Shown piece after piece: positions 30,912-43,488 of a stretch of DNA of 64,000 nt. Each line of letters opens with the position of its first letter. Positions within the stretch are counted from its first letter, which is position 1. Source of the DNA: Coprothermobacterota bacterium (GTDB lineage Bacteria; Coprothermobacterota; Coprothermobacteria; Coprothermobacterales; Coprothermobacteraceae); contig JAZIGN010000001.1 in assembly GCA_036679065.1 (NCBI GenBank), forward strand, positions 96,001-160,000, in the 5' to 3' direction. Position numbers and translations under genes: made by a program. The notes under the pieces were generated by a model that did not search any database, was not told where the DNA came from, and was given only the letters and a program-made list of their open reading frames with translations.

Positions 30912-32201
30912 ATGTCAGATAAGGATCAAGAAAAGAAACTCAGCAGCAATACCAATAACAACAATGGGACAGATAATGATTACGAGGTAGCCCAAGAGAG
31001 TTACTCTTTCTGGGGCGCAGTTTGGCGCAGGTTCAAGCGTCATAAATTAGCCATTGTGGGTTTATGGATATTAGTCTTTGTGTTTATTTTCTCATTCATT
31101 GGACCAGTATTCTACACACTGGATCCATCTGAAAACATTTTTGAAGAAGATGTGGCTAACTTCTACATGTATAAGATAAATCAAGCAATTAAGAAAGATC
31201 CTGGGCTCAAAGAGTACCTTGGCACCATGCTAACGGATTTTGAACAGACCCTGGCGAGAGCAAATGATCTTAAAGCAAAGGCTGCAGCGGGGGACTATCA
31301 GGCTTTGAGTGAGCTCTCTTGGAGTAGGAGTGACTTGGCTGCTACTGGTATGCAGATAATTAGCATGGTAGCTACCTACACTGACAGTAACGGAAATCAA
31401 CCTTTCGCGTCCTATATGGATCTGACAAGATATCTGAGCCCACCAGGGTTGCCTGTGGGAGCACCTGGGCATCCCCTTGGCACGGATGACCAAGGAAGAG
31501 ACCTTTTGGCCAGGATCATGTTCGGTGGTAAGGTTTCGTTTGCTATTGGTATTGCATCGGCATTGATAGCAGTCATACTTGGTAGCTTAGTTGGTTTGGT
31601 TGCTGGCTATGTTGGGGGCATCGTTGATTCGCTGCTCATGAGATTTGTGGATATCATGCTTTCCATACCGACCATGCCACTGCTGCTAGCGTTGTCACCG
31701 CTTCTTAGGCGCTGGACAAAGAGTTTAACAGAAGGAATGGGGTTAGGTGTATTTGGTTCCATTCTACCGATGGTACTTGTACTTGCTCTATTTGGTTGGA
31801 TGAGCCTTTCCAGGTTAGTCAGAGCTCAAGTCCTTTCGCTGAAGGAACAGCAGTTTATTGAAGCTGCTCAAGCCATTGGCGTCCCCACAAGCAGGATCCT
31901 ATCGAGGCACTTGTTCCCCAACGTCATTGCTCCCGTGGTTGTTGCTGCATCACTTGCCGTTGCTGGTAACATTTTGTCAGAAGCTAGTTTGTCCTTCTTG
32001 GGCTTTGGTATTCAACCACCTGCCACGTCATGGGGACAAATACTAAACGTTGCGGTTAACTTCATAAACAGTCCACAGCAAATTGTGCGCTACTGGAACA
32101 TGATATTTATCCCGGGTGCATTGCTGTTCTTCACTGTGCTTTCCTTTAACTTTGCAGGCGATGGTTTAAGGGACGCAGTGGACCCCAGAATGAAGCTGTG
32201 A
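30912..32201 (+). CDS. oppC: Peptide ABC transporter permease (OppC/DppC) with large loop insertion
   Basis: WRRFKRHKLA, HPLGTDDQGRD, EAA loop, GDGLRDAVDP. Confidence 0.92.
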   Translation: MSDKDQEKKLSSNTNNNNGTDNDYEVAQESYSFWGAVWRRFKRHKLAIVGLWILVFVFIFSFIGPVFYTLDPSENIFEEDVANFYMYKINQAIKKDPGLKEYLGTMLTDFEQTLARANDLKAKAAAGDYQALSELSWSRSDLAATGMQIISMVATYTDSNGNQPFASYMDLTRYLSPPGLPVGAPGHPLGTDDQGRDLLARIMFGGKVSFAIGIASALIAVILGSLVGLVAGYVGGIVDSLLMRFVDIMLSIPTMPLLLALSPLLRRWTKSLTEGMGLGVFGSILPMVLVLALFGWMSLSRLVRAQVLSLKEQQFIEAAQAIGVPTSRILSRHLFPNVIAPVVVAASLAVAGNILSEASLSFLGFGIQPPATSWGQILNVAVNFINSPQQIVRYWNMIFIPGALLFFTVLSFNFAGDGLRDAVDPRMKL

Positions 32202-32202
32202 G

Positions 32203-33231
32203 GTGACATTGATGGAAAAGGGTAATATTTTAGAGATAAAGAATCTTCAGGTTACGTTTTACACTGAGGACGGCATCGTACGTGCTCTACAAGGGGTTTC
32301 TTACGAAGTGCCTGATAACGAGACTTTGGGGGTTGTGGGTGAGTCTGGCTGTGGGAAATCTGTTACAGCACTGACTGTGATGCGTCTGCTTCCCAAGCCT
32401 CAAGCTCGTGTAGAAGGTGGCGAAATCTGGTTCAAGGATAAGGAGACTGGACAAGAGATAAACATTCTCGAGCAGTCTGAGGAACACATGCGGCACATAC
32501 GTGGTAACAAGATTTCTATGATCTTCCAGGAACCGATGACCGCGTTGAATCCAGTTTACACAGTGGGAGATCAGATCATGGAAGCTATTATGGTACACAA
32601 CCCAGATATAAGCAAGAAAGAGGCTCGAGAACGCGCCATTGAAATGCTCAAAGTGGTTGGTATACCAGCTCCTGAAAAGAGGGTGGATGACTATCCACAC
32701 CAAATGTCGGGTGGTATGAGGCAGAGGGTCATGATAGCCATGGCTCTTTCCACTAATCCTGAAATACTCATTGCAGACGAGCCAACAACAGCACTAGACG
32801 TTACCATCCAAGCTCAGATTTTGGACCTAATGAACAGACTGCAGGAGCAGTTTGGCATGAGCATTATTTTAATTACCCACAACCTGGGTGTGGTAGCTCA
32901 GAATGCCGATAGAATTGCTGTGATGTACTTGGGCCGCATAGTGGAAAAGGCAGCAGTTAGAGATATTTTCCACAATCCGAAACATCCTTACACTGAAGGA
33001 TTGTTGGCTTCGGTTCCTCGTTTGGATAAGGGTGGACTAAAGGAACATCTGCCAGGCATTACGGGTAACCTTCCTTCACCTTATAACCCGCCACCTGGAT
33101 GTAAGTTCCATCCCAGATGCCCCTATGCGTTTGATAGATGCAGAGTTGAGGAACCACCTGAAGTGGAAGTGAGCCCCGGGCACATCGTTTGCTGCTGGCT
33201 CCACACGAAGGAGGAGACAAAACATGAGTAA
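32203..33231 (+). CDS. oppD: Peptide ABC transporter ATPase (OppD)
   Basis: [25 protein letters not shown]-terminal Cys cluster. Confidence 0.95.
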   Translation: MTLMEKGNILEIKNLQVTFYTEDGIVRALQGVSYEVPDNETLGVVGESGCGKSVTALTVMRLLPKPQARVEGGEIWFKDKETGQEINILEQSEEHMRHIRGNKISMIFQEPMTALNPVYTVGDQIMEAIMVHNPDISKKEARERAIEMLKVVGIPAPEKRVDDYPHQMSGGMRQRVMIAMALSTNPEILIADEPTTALDVTIQAQILDLMNRLQEQFGMSIILITHNLGVVAQNADRIAVMYLGRIVEKAAVRDIFHNPKHPYTEGLLASVPRLDKGGLKEHLPGITGNLPSPYNPPPGCKFHPRCPYAFDRCRVEEPPEVEVSPGHIVCCWLHTKEETKHE

Positions 33232-34195
33232 TAATGACATCCTACTTGAAGTTCATGACCTGGTTAAGTGGTTCCCCATAAGGAGAGGACTGTTCGGTAG
33301 TGTTCAGGGATACGTTAAAGCTGTGGACGGAGTGAGTTTTAATATTAGGGCACACGAAACGTTGGGTTTGGTAGGAGAAACAGGAAGTGGAAAAACGACC
33401 ATTGGACGCCTTGTATTAAGGCTTATACCTCTGACCCGAGGGAAGGTCATTTTTAATGGCGTTGACATAACGGCTTTGGATTACAGGTCGTTTAGGCCCA
33501 TGAAGAAAGACATGCAAATTATTTTCCAAGACCCTTACTCTTCTTTGAACCCGAGGATGACTATTGGAGAAATCATAGCAGAACCTCTCATCGTACACAC
33601 GAATATGACAGCTCAGGAGCGAGAGAAGAGGGTCTACGAACTCCTTGAGCTTGTTACACTGAGGCCTGAACATGCCAGAAGATATCCTCACGAGTTTAGT
33701 GGCGGACAGCGTCAGCGCATTGGTATTGCTCGCGCGCTGGCATTGAACCCGAAGTTCATTGTTGCTGATGAGCCCATAAGTGCTCTGGACGTTTCCATTC
33801 AAGCACAAATTACAAACTTGTTGATTGATTTGCAGAAAGAACTAGGGCTTTCCTTCTTGTTTATTGCTCATGACTTATCTGTAATCAAGCACATGTGCGA
33901 CTCAGTGCTTGTTCTTTACTTGGGTAAAGTGATGGAATACGGTAGTAATGCAGACGTTTTCCAGCATTCGCGTCATCCATACACTCAGGCTTTGCTATCT
34001 GCGGTTCCTGTTCCCGATCCTGATTACAAACGAGAGCGTATCCTATTGCAGGGAGAAATTCCTTCTCCAATTGATCCACCACCAGGGTGCGTGTTCCACA
34101 CCCGTTGTCCCTATGCAACGGAAAAGTGCAGAACCGATAAGCCCGAGCTACGCGAGGTCGAGCCCGGGCATATGGTCGCCTGCCACTATGCCTAA
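33224..34195 (+). CDS. oppF: Peptide ABC transporter ATPase (OppF)
   Basis: GETGSGKT, FSGGQRQR, DEPISALD, VACH. Confidence 0.95.
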   Translation: MSNNDILLEVHDLVKWFPIRRGLFGSVQGYVKAVDGVSFNIRAHETLGLVGETGSGKTTIGRLVLRLIPLTRGKVIFNGVDITALDYRSFRPMKKDMQIIFQDPYSSLNPRMTIGEIIAEPLIVHTNMTAQEREKRVYELLELVTLRPEHARRYPHEFSGGQRQRIGIARALALNPKFIVADEPISALDVSIQAQITNLLIDLQKELGLSFLFIAHDLSVIKHMCDSVLVLYLGKVMEYGSNADVFQHSRHPYTQALLSAVPVPDPDYKRERILLQGEIPSPIDPPPGCVFHTRCPYATEKCRTDKPELREVEPGHMVACHYA

Positions 34196-34213
34196 CTGAT
34201 AAGGAGTTTTAAG

Positions 34214-34256
34214 AGGCACGTTCCTAAACGCTGAAAAATGGGGACGTGCCTTTTTT
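34214..34256 (+). terminator. Intrinsic terminator after oppF
   Basis: AGGCACGTTCC/GGGACGTGCCT stem followed by a T run. Confidence 0.8.
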
Positions 34257-34363
34257 GTTTTGGTACGGAGTGTTATTTCATTGGCTTGCGTAGTTACATA
34301 TATATATGGTCATGAAGAAAGGCAAGGGGTTAAAATGCAAAGTAAGGGGAGTGATTCGATACT

Positions 34364-34888
34364 GTGATAGTGAACTTCATTGATTATTCCACGGCTTTAT
34401 GGCCTGCCTTCGGCTGCACAGGGATCGTGCTTAACAATGATTTTCCATGGTGCAGACAGCTAACGTTTGGGCACGAAGTATTAAGTTTGCGGCGTGCAAT
34501 GAACTTTATTAGAAAGAATGTTGATGCTGTGGGTGGCATAGTGCTGGTGGGGCAGGGAGAAGAGGTTGAGCCGCTAACTTCCTTGGCTCGCGACCTTGTA
34601 AAGCCTATCCGCTGGGTTCTAGATAGCACTTCTCCATGTTCAGAAATGGCTCTCGGTTTTAACAATATTCTATTGATGTTCTCTGGAGAGTTGAATCCCG
34701 AATGGGAGCCCTTTAGTGGCAGGATAACCTTGGGCGTCTGGAAAAGAGAGCATTTGGAAAAGGGGTTGGAAATTGCTTCTCAGCTTCAGCTACCGGTGGA
34801 AACACCATTTGGAGTAAAAGGGACTAACTACCCCCGTGTGACTACGTTTCAGTGGTTGTGGGGTTCACTTAGCTGTGAGAAATACTGA
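34364..34888 (+). CDS. Hypothetical protein resembling a degenerate NrdG-type radical-SAM activase
   Basis: Own TAAAAT -10 and GGGGAG SD; STALWP...PWC...NFIRK...GGIVLVG...VLDS echoes the activase pattern, but CxxxCxxC is absent. Confidence 0.5.
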   Translation: MIVNFIDYSTALWPAFGCTGIVLNNDFPWCRQLTFGHEVLSLRRAMNFIRKNVDAVGGIVLVGQGEEVEPLTSLARDLVKPIRWVLDSTSPCSEMALGFNNILLMFSGELNPEWEPFSGRITLGVWKREHLEKGLEIASQLQLPVETPFGVKGTNYPRVTTFQWLWGSLSCEKY

Positions 34889-35724
34889 TCAGCAAGGTAA
34901 GACGATCTTACCATGGGGCCAGACACTACGGCTGGTATACCAAGGGATTGACCTATTTCTGAAAGCTGTTTAAACTCTTCTGGGGTATAGTACTTATGTA
35001 CGGGCCAATGCTTCTTTGATGGCTGCAAATATTGACCAATAGTGACAATATCTACACCAGTGTTAAGTAGTTCTTCGAGCATATTCACTATGTCTTCCAT
35101 GGATTCGCCCACACCAACCATGAAACCTGTTTTTGTTAGAAAGCCTTTACTTTTGAAGTATTTGAGCATGCTCAGTGAAACATCAAGATCTCCAGCGGGT
35201 CTGAGTTTCGGGAACAAAGGTCTTACCACTTCAACGTTATGAGCAAAGACATCTAACTGAGGTGTTATGAACGCCTTCCAATACTCTTCATTTTTCTTGA
35301 AGTCAGGCACCAGCGCTTCTACTTTCGTATTTGGGTTAACCTTTTTAACCTCTTCAACCACTTGGCGGAAAAAGGCGCTCCCACCGTCCTCTAAATCGTC
35401 TCTGGTTACACTGGTCAGCACAACGTATTTTAACCTGAGCCTTTTCACTGCTTCTGCGACACGCTGCGGTTCAGTTTCGTCTACTGGCATTGGCTTACCT
35501 GACTGTACATTGCAGTACAGACAGTGTCTTGTGCAAATACTTCCCATGATTAGGAAGGTAGCCGTTCCATGGTTGAAACAAGTGCCAATATTGGGGCAGC
35601 GACCTTCCACACAGATAGTATTTAGGCTCAATCCTTCAAGAGCCTGGCGCACACCTTTTGCGGTTTCACTGTCCTTTAGATTAGTTTTTATCCAAGCTGG
35701 TTTTCTTATCTGTTCATAGTCCAT
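34849..35724 (-). CDS. lipA: Lipoyl synthase
   Basis: CVEGRCPNIGTC, CTRHCLYC, TSVTRDDL, GQYLQP, VRSSY. Confidence 0.97.
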   Translation of the reverse strand: MDYEQIRKPAWIKTNLKDSETAKGVRQALEGLSLNTICVEGRCPNIGTCFNHGTATFLIMGSICTRHCLYCNVQSGKPMPVDETEPQRVAEAVKRLRLKYVVLTSVTRDDLEDGGSAFFRQVVEEVKKVNPNTKVEALVPDFKKNEEYWKAFITPQLDVFAHNVEVVRPLFPKLRPAGDLDVSLSMLKYFKSKGFLTKTGFMVGVGESMEDIVNMLEELLNTGVDIVTIGQYLQPSKKHWPVHKYYTPEEFKQLSEIGQSLGIPAVVSGPMVRSSYLADQYFSQLSEPHNH

Positions 35725-35776
35725 AAAGTCATTCTACCACTTGACTATGGTCATATTGAAGCTGTATAGTTAAACG
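35725..35776. promoter_or_regulatory. Overlapping divergent promoters for lipA and comF
   Basis: + strand TTGACT-18-TATAGT; - strand TTCAAT-18-TAGAAT with TG extension; each -10 is 6 nt from its ATG. Confidence 0.65.
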
Positions 35777-36358
35777 ATGTTTCCTGTGTTTTCATGGTAT
35801 GCTGACTATGTCGATGAAGTCAGTAAGCCCTGGGTGATCCCTGACCCAGATCCACGGGAGGTCACTTTTGGTAAATACACCGTTCATTATGCGTACTCTT
35901 ATTACGGCCAAGTAAAATCTTTGGTGAAGCAGTGGAAGTTTCAGGGTGATCATGCTTTGGGTTTTAGGCTCGGCGAACTCATGGGGATTACCTACAATCA
36001 TCTACTCCGCGGCAAGGTAGTCTCCTACGTTCCCCGTTACGGAGAAAGCTATCCCTATTTTGGCAATCACCTGTTTTCTTTTTTGGCAGGCCTTCAGAAG
36101 ACTGGGAACTGCGCTGTAGTACCTGCTTACGTAAAAACACGGGCAACCATGCCTCAAAAGACGCTGTCGCGGTCAGCCCGTATGGTAAACTTGCATGACG
36201 CATTTGTACCCAAAGGGACATGCGCTGACATAGTGGTGGATGATGTGTTGACTACGGGGGCTACAAGTCGGGTTTTGTATAAGTGCTCGCCTTTTAAAGT
36301 ATGGCTGGTGCTGGCTCGAGTGGAGCTGGATTTGTCTTCAGATTTTCGTAAGGCATGA
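35777..36358 (+). CDS. comF: ComF/ComFC family phosphoribosyltransferase-like protein
   Basis: KF.G, QKTLSRSARMVNL, VVDDVLTTGAT; no N-terminal zinc ribbon. Confidence 0.85.
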   Translation: MFPVFSWYADYVDEVSKPWVIPDPDPREVTFGKYTVHYAYSYYGQVKSLVKQWKFQGDHALGFRLGELMGITYNHLLRGKVVSYVPRYGESYPYFGNHLFSFLAGLQKTGNCAVVPAYVKTRATMPQKTLSRSARMVNLHDAFVPKGTCADIVVDDVLTTGATSRVLYKCSPFKVWLVLARVELDLSSDFRKA

Positions 36359-36378
36359 TATACTTAGTTAGGAAAAGC

Positions 36379-36472
<94 letters not shown>

Positions 36473-36649
36473 TTTTGTTTTCTATGCAAACTCTTGAAGT
36501 TCCCACTTCTTCACCAAGGCTACGTACTGTGGAGTATTCTAGTATAGGATGGCGTTGTACTTTGGTGCCGTAAGCACTCATAGATCAGCCATGTTGTATA
36601 ATTCATGAGTAGGTCATGTGAATGATCGTGGTGTTTTATCATCACGATC

Positions 36650-36679
36650 TTGACAAGGCTCATACCGCTGGGCTAAAAT
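36650..36679 (+). promoter_or_regulatory. Promoter of the Val-Gly-Thr tRNA operon
   Basis: TTGACA-18-TAAAAT. Confidence 0.75.
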
Positions 36680-36692
36680 AGTAGAGGCTAAC

Positions 36693-36767
36693 GGGCGGTT
36701 AGCTCAGTGGTAGAGCGCTTGTTTCACACACAAGAGGTCAGAGGTTCGAATCCTCTACCGCCCACCA
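36693..36767 (+). tRNA. tRNA-Val(CAC)
   Basis: CTTGT-TTCACAC-ACAAG anticodon arm; CCA. Confidence 0.97.
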
Positions 36768-36774
36768 AGAAAGT

Positions 36775-36849
36775 GCGGGAGTAGCTCAGTGGTAGAGCAT
36801 CTGCTTGCCATGCAGAGGGTCGCGGGTTCGAATCCCGTCTCCCGCTCCA
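36775..36849 (+). tRNA. tRNA-Gly(GCC)
   Basis: TCTGC-TTGCCAT-GCAGA anticodon arm; TCCA end. Confidence 0.97.
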
Positions 36850-36883
36850 TTGTTTTTGTTCCCCAGTTGCACAGGGTGGATAG

Positions 36884-36958
36884 GCCGGCGTAGCTCAACG
36901 GCAGAGCAGCTGATTCGTAATCAGCAGGTTCCCAGTTCAAGTCTGGGCGCCGGCTCCA
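36884..36958 (+). tRNA. tRNA-Thr(CGT)
   Basis: GCTGA-TTCGTAA-TCAGC anticodon arm; CCA. Confidence 0.97.
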
Positions 36959-37113
36959 TTTTCTTCTTTTTAACAGAAAAGCTTTTAAGGATGTGCAGGT
37001 TTTCCTCATTTTTCAAAGCTCGATTCATGAGTATGTTCATGAGTATGTGTTTTTCTTTTGCGTTTGCCTTTTTGTATATAATTGATTTGTTGTGGTAGGA
37101 GTGTGATGCTTAC

Positions 37114-40312
<3,199 letters not shown>

Positions 40313-40321
40313 TAACAGCTG

Positions 40322-40396
40322 CGGGGCGTAGCGCAGTGGTAGCGCACTCGTTTGGGGTGCGAGTGGTCGGCGGTTCGAGTCCGCCCGCCCCGACCA
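40322..40396 (+). tRNA. tRNA-Pro(GGG)
   Basis: CTCGT-TTGGGGT-GCGAG anticodon arm; C1-G72; ACCA. Confidence 0.96.
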
Positions 40397-40421
40397 TTTG
40401 TTTTTTGGAGGTGGCTTCACC

Positions 40422-41663
40422 TTGAATCCGGACGAAATTCTCCAGAAATATCACGATCACATAAATCCTGGGTTAGCTGACTTATTGCAGCTGGGTGGTT
40501 TAGCTGCTGTGGATGACAAAGCTGAGGGTGCCTATGTTTGGGATGCTGACGGAAATAAGTACTTAGATGCGGTAGGTGGATACGGTGTTTTTGGTTTAGG
40601 GCATAGACCCCCCAAAGTCATCGAAAAAGTCAAAGAAACACTAGATAAAATGCCACTGGCTTCGAATATATTCATTAACAGCTGCGAAGCTGAGCTTGGG
40701 GAAAAGCTTTCTGAGGCAACAGGCTACCAGTACTTTATGTTTCTTAATTCGGGTTCTGAGGCTGTCGAGACAGCCTTGAAACTGGCTAGGTTGACGACGG
40801 GTAAAACAAACTTTATTGGGATGACTAATGCTTACCACGGTGTAACGTTCGGTGCCCTTTCTGTTTCTGGAAGAGATGTTTACAAAGAACCTTTTAAACC
40901 TTTGCTTCCCGGAGTAAAAATCGTTCCTTTTGGCGATGCAGAGGCTTTAGCAAATGCTTTGGACGATACAGTGGCTGCTGTTATCGTTGAACCGATACAG
41001 GGTGAAGGTGGGGTGAATGTGCCTCCACCTGGTTACCTTAAGAAGGTAAGGCAACTCTGTGACGAGGCAGGCTGCTTCCTTATCTTAGATGAGATTCAAA
41101 CAGGCATGGGTAGAACAGGTAAGTTGTTGGCTGAAGAATGGGAAGATGTAAAGGCTGATATTGTCTGCTTAGGTAAGGCATTGGGTGGTGGAGTTGTGCC
41201 CATTGGTGCAGTAGGCGCTACGGAGACAGCATGGCAGGGCTTTATTGACAATCCGCTCATTCATGAGAGCACTTTTGGGGGAAATCCTCTTGCTACCAGT
41301 GCGGGCATAGCAGCCGTGGATGAAATAGTTGGTAAACAAATTTGGAATAACGCGCATAGCACGGGAGATAAGTTGCTTTCCGCTCTACGGAGCGAAGCTG
41401 AGAAATACCCGCATCTTATAAAGGAAGTACGTGGACGTGGACTACTCATCGGTGTGGAAATGATGGAGGAAGGTTACGGACTGCCCATGATGGGTTTTAT
41501 GCTGGAAGAAAAGACTTTGGTAGCTTACACCTTGAATAATCCAAGGGTTATTCGCATAGAGCCACCTCTTATCATTGGTGACGAAGAAATTCAGTGGCTT
41601 GTGAATGCTTTTCAGAAAGCTTTGGCCAAACTCGACAAACTGGCCAAGGATTTGGAGGTGTAA
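40422..41663 (+). CDS. Class III PLP aminotransferase, putrescine/diamine aminotransferase (PatA)-like
   Basis: NSGSEAVE, EPIQGEGG, DEIQTGMGRTG, GKALGGG, DNPLIHESTFGGNP; GGAGG SD before TTG 40422. Confidence 0.88.
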   Translation: MNPDEILQKYHDHINPGLADLLQLGGLAAVDDKAEGAYVWDADGNKYLDAVGGYGVFGLGHRPPKVIEKVKETLDKMPLASNIFINSCEAELGEKLSEATGYQYFMFLNSGSEAVETALKLARLTTGKTNFIGMTNAYHGVTFGALSVSGRDVYKEPFKPLLPGVKIVPFGDAEALANALDDTVAAVIVEPIQGEGGVNVPPPGYLKKVRQLCDEAGCFLILDEIQTGMGRTGKLLAEEWEDVKADIVCLGKALGGGVVPIGAVGATETAWQGFIDNPLIHESTFGGNPLATSAGIAAVDEIVGKQIWNNAHSTGDKLLSALRSEAEKYPHLIKEVRGRGLLIGVEMMEEGYGLPMMGFMLEEKTLVAYTLNNPRVIRIEPPLIIGDEEIQWLVNAFQKALAKLDKLAKDLEV

Positions 41664-41669
41664 ATAGAC

Positions 41670-42107
41670 ATGTTAGTGGAGGAAGAGATAATCATAAATG
41701 CTCCTGCTGACAAGGTTTACCAGATTGTGAAGGATATGGGACGCTATCCTGAATTCATACCTTCTCTAAAAGAAGTAACAGTTTTGGAAAATGGACCAGG
41801 TTATACGGTGACTAAATGGGTATCAAAAGTGCAGTCATTTACGCTGCAATGGACTGAACGTGACACGTTTTTCGACGAAGAGAGAAGAGTGGAATACAAA
41901 TTAGTGGAAGGAGCCATGAAAAAGTTTGAAGGGAAATGGATTGTAGAACCTCAAACGGATGGTACGACTAAAGTGCATCTGGATGTGGATTTTGAGCTCG
42001 CTATGCCAGCCTTGAGAGATTTCTTAGGACCCATGGCAAAGAAGATTATGCGAGATTCTTTGAAGTCCTTATTGCAAGGGATAAAAGCAGAAAGCGAAAG
42101 AGTGTGA
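41670..42107 (+). CDS. SRPBCC/START (polyketide cyclase, Coq10-like) domain protein
   Basis: IINAPADKVYQIVKD...YPEFIP, EG..KKFEGKW, C-terminal helix. Confidence 0.88.
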   Translation: MLVEEEIIINAPADKVYQIVKDMGRYPEFIPSLKEVTVLENGPGYTVTKWVSKVQSFTLQWTERDTFFDEERRVEYKLVEGAMKKFEGKWIVEPQTDGTTKVHLDVDFELAMPALRDFLGPMAKKIMRDSLKSLLQGIKAESERV

Positions 42108-42108
42108 A

Positions 42109-43488
42109 ATGAGCAAGGTAGTAATCATTGGGGCTGGCCCTGCTGGTATTTTTTGTGGACTTCGCCTTTCGGAAGTACTTAGCGGTGAAGACATAACTAT
42201 TATTGAAAAGGGTAAACCCATTGATAAACGTCACTGCCCACTACTTCTTAACGGCAAGTGCGTAAGCTGTGAGCCATGTTCCATGATAAGTGGTTGGGGC
42301 GGTGCAGGTGCTTACAGTGATGGGAAGCTGAATATTACAGGCGAAATTGGCGGTTTCCTTAATGAAATTTTGGGAGAACGACGTTTTGGAAGCTTTGTTC
42401 CAGAAGTACTTAAGTACTTTTACGACCATGGTGCTCCAAAAGATCTTGATAATGTGGCTGAGAGGCCTGAGGTAGATGATTGGCGTAAAAGAGCTCGCCT
42501 TCTGGGAATGAAGCTTATCACTTTCCCAATTATTCATTTGGGTACCGATAAGACTAAAGAAGTACTTGCAAACATGTATGACACTCTGCGGAACCGGGGC
42601 GTGAATATTATCTTTGACACTGAAGTGGAAGACATACTCACCGAAGACAAAAAGGTTGTCGGTGTGAGAACCAGTAGCGGCGACTTTCTTAAAGCTGATT
42701 ACGTGGTGGTAGCTGTTGGAAGGAGCGGAGCTGATGATTTGACACGCTGGGTGAATGGATTGGGCCTGCATTTCGGCACTAACCCAGTGGACTTGGGAGT
42801 ACGGGTGGAGGTTCCTGCCGAGGTGCTTTTGCCCATGACAGACGTACTTTATGAGGTGAAACTGGAATACTACTCCAAGGCTTTTGAAGATAAAGTAAGG
42901 ACGTTTTGCATGAATCCGGGTGGTGAAGTGGTTAAGGAACATCTGGATGACGTCATTACTGTTAATGGGCATTCCTATAAAGAGAAGTTCCTACCAAATA
43001 CGAATTTCGCTGTATTGGTCAGCACCTATTTCACAGAGCCTTTCAAAGATCCAGTTGCTTACGGAAAACACGTGGCGAAGCTGGCTAACTTACTAAGTGA
43101 CGGCATCATCGTGCAGCGTTTTGGCGACCTAGTAAATGGTCATCGCTCCACACCTGAACGTATTAAACGTAGTATTGTTAAACCGTCACTGGAGGATTCT
43201 ATTCCTGGTGATCTAAACGCTGTACTTCCCAGAAGACACTTAGAAAGCATCATCGAGTTCTTACAGGTTCTCGACCAGTTTGCTCCAGGTGTTGGTAGCC
43301 GAGATACGCTGTTATATGGTGTGGAAGTAAAGTTTTACTCCATGAGGCCTGAGATTTCCAACGTGCTAGAATCAGAGATTTCTAACCTTTTCATGGCAGG
43401 TGACGGCGCGGGAATAACCAGAGGATTATTCCAAGCTGCCATGGCAGGCCTAGTAGTTGCTGATACGATAAAGGAGAGATGCATGTGA
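42109..43488 (+). CDS. FAD/NAD(P)-dependent oxidoreductase with Cys cluster
   Basis: IIGAGPAG, CP...CVSCEPC, GGAGAYSDGK, RTFCMNP, GDGAGITRG. Confidence 0.88.
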   Translation: MSKVVIIGAGPAGIFCGLRLSEVLSGEDITIIEKGKPIDKRHCPLLLNGKCVSCEPCSMISGWGGAGAYSDGKLNITGEIGGFLNEILGERRFGSFVPEVLKYFYDHGAPKDLDNVAERPEVDDWRKRARLLGMKLITFPIIHLGTDKTKEVLANMYDTLRNRGVNIIFDTEVEDILTEDKKVVGVRTSSGDFLKADYVVVAVGRSGADDLTRWVNGLGLHFGTNPVDLGVRVEVPAEVLLPMTDVLYEVKLEYYSKAFEDKVRTFCMNPGGEVVKEHLDDVITVNGHSYKEKFLPNTNFAVLVSTYFTEPFKDPVAYGKHVAKLANLLSDGIIVQRFGDLVNGHRSTPERIKRSIVKPSLEDSIPGDLNAVLPRRHLESIIEFLQVLDQFAPGVGSRDTLLYGVEVKFYSMRPEISNVLESEISNLFMAGDGAGITRGLFQAAMAGLVVADTIKERCM

